A DNA stretch of 63,111 bases, filler included, from Sphacelaria rigidula (lineage: Eukaryota): assembly GCA_964200075.2 (NCBI GenBank). It is 6 parts of 6 records of this genome, joined end to end, with 100 filler letters (N's around TTAATTAATTAA, not from the genome) between each part and the next. Parts side by side here need not be neighbours in the genome. Positions count along the whole stretch, not along the records: positions 52,679 to 63,111 come from CAXNAA020006502.1; 5 more parts are not named here. One strand, written 5' to 3'. Of the stretch, positions 57,993-63,111 are shown piece by piece. The position numbers and the translations under genes are program-made. The notes below the pieces were generated by a model, which saw only the letters and a program-made list of their open reading frames with translations, made no database searches and was not told the DNA's origin. How positions within the stretch are numbered: position 1 is the first letter of the stretch; every line of letters starts with the position of its first letter.

Positions 57993-60900
57993 ATCATTCC
58001 CTGCGTCAATGTTGCACAAACAGGACATATCCAGCCGAAATCCGCCACGCTGGCCCATCAGGCACAGTCGATTCTCAACAGGATAGAATCACCCCCAAGT
58101 CCGAATGAGACCTACACGACAGGGGTCAACATTCTCATCTCTGCTATACTATCTCAAGCGACTCCAAGCGAGAGGGGCGCACACGAAAACGCGTCCTGCT
58201 GTGTGTCGTACCTGTGCCTGGAATACGCGATTGTCTTGAAATTTGAACTAGGGTCTCAGGGCTGCGAAAACGTGCGATAGCGTGGCGGTGCAACGGTAGG
58301 AAAGCAATGAAGAGATCCCAGGAAGCACTAGTATATATTCAAGCAAAGTCCGATATCCCACCGGCGGTAGCGTTTCTTGCCCTTCTTCGTGTCGCTAGCC
58401 CCGGGTATACCCTCACGTTCACGTCCTTGAACGGTGGTGACCAGTTCGTGTCCACTGGCGTAGTGAGGGAAAACGGTAGGGTGTGGCCCAAGTATCTGAA
58501 CTTGATTTGTTGCGGACCAGGGGCATATCGTGCGTTCGTGGTATAACGGACGGAATCGTTGAATATATCCAATAGGCGCAATTCGTCGTGCAGTCGCAGT
58601 GGTGTGTGAGTGGTGCACAGCAATAATTCGGTTGGGTGGTGAAACATACACTCGTGAAGATGTAGCGGATGATATACCGCGTTGTACTTGTTCTTGAAAC
58701 ATGTTGTTGTGGTGTTTACCGAGCACTTGCTCCATGATTTCGGTTACTCCCAAGATCAGCGGCGCGAGTCAGGGATACCACGCTGCTGTTATCGGACTGA
58801 AAGTGTACGCAGGGTATATATTTGAGGTACTGGATCTGTGCTGAAGCAGGTTGCAGGTGCGTTTGTTGTAGTCGCGTCTGCGAGTTGTACTCGGTGCAAT
58901 CAAGGCGCGGCGCAACTTGTGACGGTTCAACGAAATGTGATCCACCGCGTACTTCTGTAGCCGCGTGGATATGCTTGTGTTCCAACTTTTCCGGAGCAAC
59001 GCAGGTTAGCCTTGGCAGCCACCGTGTACCCTCTCCGCCTTTATCAAGACCAGGAACCGCACAAAAATTCTTCCAACACGCCCCAAGTACATCAGCGTTG
59101 GCTCCCTACAGCGTTCACTGATGATTGTTGTTGACGAGCTACATCGTGTGATGAGGACACGACGAAGTTTTGGTGCTTCGCGTCGGGTACGAAATATTTA
59201 TTTTTCATTTAAAATTCATGTGGGAGCACGCATGGAACCGTCGAACAAATCGATGCCGGAAACTAGCTGCTAGAGTCAGCGCATCTCGTTTTGTTTCCCG
59301 AGCAGTTGTAGTTGCTCGTCCCAACATTCAACATCCGCAATCTCGACCTGTAGGGTGCTGTTGCAAACGATCATGGGCGCGATCGAAGTGCATTCGTCTA
59401 CGTTGTAGTATACGTTCCTGTCTGGATTGCAAGGTGACGCAAGAAAGAGAACAGTCAGTTTGCATATGTGTCCCCATCGTTATCTGTAGCTTGGATTGGG
59501 CGGGAGCAAAGGGTATGGCATACAGAGCAGGTTTGTATGTCATACCGTTTGGGCATGAGTGCGAAGCGATGATGGGCTAAAAAGCGACAAAATAATGCGA
59601 ATCGTGCTCCCAGCTTTCAACAGTTCTACCTTGAGCTGTAGGCCGCGTTTGAACATGCCTATGGACGCGATCGAACCATGCTTCTCGTATACAGTGTACT
59701 TCTCGTAACGATCGCTGGCGAAGAAGACGCTAGAGAAGAAGACCGTGCAGCAGGTCGAACTCAACTTATTGTGGGGGAAGGAGGGCTGACACATATGGAA
59801 TGAGCCGTGCAATGTGTGTGGACGAGATCATTTACATCGAGTAAACGCAAACGATCGATTTCACCACACGCTCATGGAGACGCGGCGCGAGCATGGGAAT
59901 GTCAGCCCACCAATATAAAGTCTCTGTGCGCACAGAAATATGAGGGCGTGTAGATGGTCTCGCGCATTGTTCCTATGTGTACCCAGTGAAAAACGTTACA
60001 CTTGGTAGCAACAAACCGTGGTTTTGCACAGAATTTCGCTACATGGTTAGGCTGGCATGTTGTGACAACCACGGATATATATTGTAGCGTTGGGGACCTT
60101 TCTACAGACTGCATTCACAACCAACGAGGAACGAGGTGGAACGCTGCGTACAGCAGGTGGACTGCTTTGTGCAGTTGTAAGATTCTCCCGCCAACCCGTT
60201 GCTACATGCATGTTGTACACTAGTATGCAGCGCCGCATCTTCAAGGAGATGTGCGACCCTTTGATCCATTCTTGCAGCAGTCTTTTCTCGCGGACATGCC
60301 CGGTTTCTCTGTGCGCGGACTCTTTTCACACCCGCTGGATAGCAACGTCCACACAATCCTCGTCACAGTACTGCGTACCCAGCGTGAAACGGGCTTGACA
60401 AAATGCATTGTTTCATCGTTGTTCGCTTGTGCGTACATCTCCCGCAAGCTCCAAGACGGTCGCCGCGCGCGCACACACTACCGTCGGGTGGCTATCCTAA
60501 CCTAAGTGGCCTGACTGATTTCAAGGTCTACGACTGGTCCGCGTGACTAGCCTGAGTCGGGAATCATTCCAGGAAACAGTTGCCCCCCACGCTCTTTAAG
60601 GCGATGCCTGAATATTTTGAACCACCGTTTTTGAGTTTCGACTGAAGACACGTGAAACTTCGTAATTTTTTTTATAATCTTCACTTGAGCGCTTACTCTC
60701 CTCTCCTAGTCTACATCAGCGTATTGGAGATCTCGCGAGCCCTCCCCCCTGGAATAAATATCACTCATCCCTCAAATATAAACTGCGGGAGGCACTTCCA
60801 ACTTTAGGAAGGAAAGGGTACGCTGGTCACGTACGCCAGGCAGTGAACACCCAGGCTGCGGCACTGCCAGGAGTTCCTTATTGGTGAGGAGAACAACGAT

Positions 60901-61229
60901 CGAGTAAAATATTGAATATTTTTTAATAATCAGGAAGGGAAATGCAGAACAAACGCGAGCACTAACAAATTACCCGAGATAGTTCACGGCGAAAGAGAGT
61001 AAAGTCAAACTTGCGAGAGGAAAAATGTACTTGACAACCCTTGTTGTTATCTATCAAGACTCATGCATACAGCAAGCGAGTGCCGGGTGCAGGAAACGAA
61101 AACTATAAGAGGACGAAGCACATGGGAAAGAGGCAGCGCTATTTGGTGCACAACAATTCCAGCACATACTAGTGCTATACGTTTACGATGCTATATCACT
61201 TGCTGTCCCCCTGAAGGACCCTAGTTTTG

Positions 61230-62160
61230 CTAACACCGACCACCAACCTCCAAGCGCCGTCAGTGAGCACAACTCCTCATTATGGGTCCCTCACTCCCGC
61301 AGTTTACGGTTGAGGTCCCGACTCCTCGGGTCGTCGTCCCCCTTCCTACATGTGGGCACGTCGTTTACTGTGATATTTCTCTCCCCCGGCCTCTTTGCCT
61401 TTTTTCCAGCCCTCATCAAACGCTCCCTGATTTGTCTGAACTTGATCTTGATTTTTCTTCACCATTGTCCTATCGGACACCTTGTTAATCGATCGCCCCC
61501 GTCGTCTCGACTTGAAGCAACTTCTCGTGCGTCCTTCACCTCCTGGGCAGATCGCGAAATTGAAAATATGAATCCACACGCGAGCAATGCTACGGTAGGG
61601 GTGCACTTTTCGCACAAAATCTTGTCTGGTTCAGGGGCTCCTAACGACTCCACATGCACATGAGTTTGGGCCAGGGCATCCCCGTTCGCAAATTCATCCG
61701 GGATGTCCCTGGCACATTGGGATAGTAATCCTGGCGTGTTCTCACACATTTCATAAGTCGTGTTTTGGATGAGACATAGGGCTCCTAACGATTCTAACCT
61801 CAGAAAATATCTGTGCACCCCTACCTTAGCATCGATCACGCTTCATAAAACGTAGCATGTTCGCAAAAGGGATTTTCTACGTGGGTCAGGAGTTGGCTTT
61901 CACCTGCTGCTGCGATTGTTCCTGCACAGAAACACAGCTAGCGGCCATGGTTGATGTTGTAAGCCACGGAAAAAAGTCGGTGACCGATTGCATAAGGCAG
62001 GGATATACCAGTTTCAGTGCCAGTTCCGCATTCCTCGCTCATCCCTAGCCAGGGGAACATCAGGCCACTTTCTCTACCATTTTCATCTCGAACTGCTCTG
62101 GGACCGTTGCTGCTGTTGTACTGCCAGCGGTGGTGACTCTCCGCCCAACGGTCTCTTTCT
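61230..62160 (-). mobile_element. Decayed LTR-retrotransposon gag-like remnant (copia-type, tentative)
   Basis: Broken frames such as MIDAKVGVHRYFLRLESLGALC...RDIPDEF followed by a basic Gly/Lys-rich stretch; resembles copia gag spacing only loosely. Confidence 0.35.
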
Positions 62161-62179
62161 TGTGACGTAGATTAAATTG

Positions 62180-62960
62180 GCGTAGGTCTTCGCATTGCGA
62201 CACCGCTTCGAACTCATCCGCCTTATCATCGATTACCAGTTGCTACTTACCTTCGTCCCTGGCAGCAGTGACCCCATCTTGTGAATCTTTGACTTCGGCA
62301 TCGTCGAGAAGCCATTTCCTTCGTTCTCCATTGCGGAGGATAGCCCGTAGGGTATGCAGAGGTTCCTGGAGGCGATCCTCTTTATGGATAGGAGGTCAAC
62401 GTGCTTCTCTATGCCGTTTTACGGCCACCGTCCAAACATGATGCGCTCCCAGAGATATTATTCTGTTCTATTCGACAAGGGCCCCCCTTGAAGTAAACTT
62501 GACGCTTGCCAAAGGTCGTCTTGATACGATTACATTGGGTCATCTCGAGCATAGCTCTGAATGAAGGAGTCTTGTGTCCACTGCGATCCCCCCTCCAAAA
62601 GCCAACTACCCGCAGCAATAGCTCGTGGTGGACCGTGAGCCGATTCCCGAAATTCTTTGGATGAAGCGTCCAGAAAGCACATCCGTACAGCATAGATTCC
62701 ACAGCTTCTGCTTCGAGTCGCCGGGTTGCGAGGAAAACCCAAGCGACAAGGTCACCCAACATAGCTGCCACCGCGCCCCCGTGGTAAAAGCTGGTATATC
62801 ATTGTCCAGGTTTGGCCGAATATTGAGTTCGAAAACCCCGAAGTAAGTTATTTCTTTTACTGGATCATGTTGGGGAAACCGTGAGAGGGTGAGTGAAGAA
62901 AAAACAACGCATGTCGACGGACTGAAGTAGTGCTGATTGTCACCACCCGATGCTCGATAC
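62180..62960 (-). mobile_element. RTE-like LINE 3' fragment (post-RT region), decayed
   Basis: KEITYFG..., EAEAVESMLYGCAFWT...HHELLLRVVGFWR...SFRAMLEMT...KRQVYF matches the LLYGCETW...LRRIL...RLRW(F)GH block at the end of RTE-clade ORFs. Confidence 0.8.
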
Positions 62961-63028
62961 GAAGAGAATTCAAAGCAGATCCAAGGGGAGACATGGGTCG
63001 GTTCCTTGAGACTTCGAGCTAGTGCCGA

Positions 63029-63111
63029 GGGGGGCGGGATTGTGTGTGTGGGTGTACTCATTATCATGCATGCCATAGTCGTCACCATTGACCTCGCATT
63101 CTTACAATGCC
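63029..63111 (-). mobile_element. Poly(C)-associated repeat, copy K at window end
   Basis: gtgtactcattatcatgcatgccatagtc...ccattgacctcgcat. Confidence 0.75.

Overview
Eukaryotic nuclear DNA, most likely from a brown alga (Phaeophyceae, Ectocarpus-like). That assignment is an inference from intron style, repeat families and a WRRRGWLV...EEGIFR protein motif. The window is not one locus. It consists of six unrelated contigs of about 10.43 kb (1-10437, 10538-20974, 21075-31509, 31610-42044, 42145-52578, 52679-63111), sorted by decreasing length and joined by an artificial 100-bp N44-TTAATTAATTAA-N44 linker. Six host genes could be proposed by hand, the spliced ones with phase-consistent exons. 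(1) The 3' part of an acidic, probably GPI-anchored surface protein. (2) A >1790-aa chromatin/transcription protein with a PHD finger, a PZP module (PHD-Zn knuckle-ePHD), a Tudor-like segment, SDPRR heptad repeats and the start of a TFIIS central-like domain. (3) A small membrane protein carrying the brown-algal ankyrin-family C-terminal motif. (4) A putative signal-peptide, low-complexity protein. (5) A coiled-coil protein fragment. (6) An ankyrin-repeat protein fragment built from phase-0 exons. Mobile DNA includes a decayed DIRS1-like tyrosine-recombinase retrotransposon (RT end, RNase H, MT, ALOG-like domain, YR) with nested MITEs and a SINE, two RTE-like LINE fragments, tRNA-derived SINEs, and an 11-copy 5'-truncated repeat family sitting in poly(C)/poly(G) tracts. 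No CRISPR array, rRNA or intact tRNA gene was found. Domain calls rest on motif recognition by eye, not on searches.
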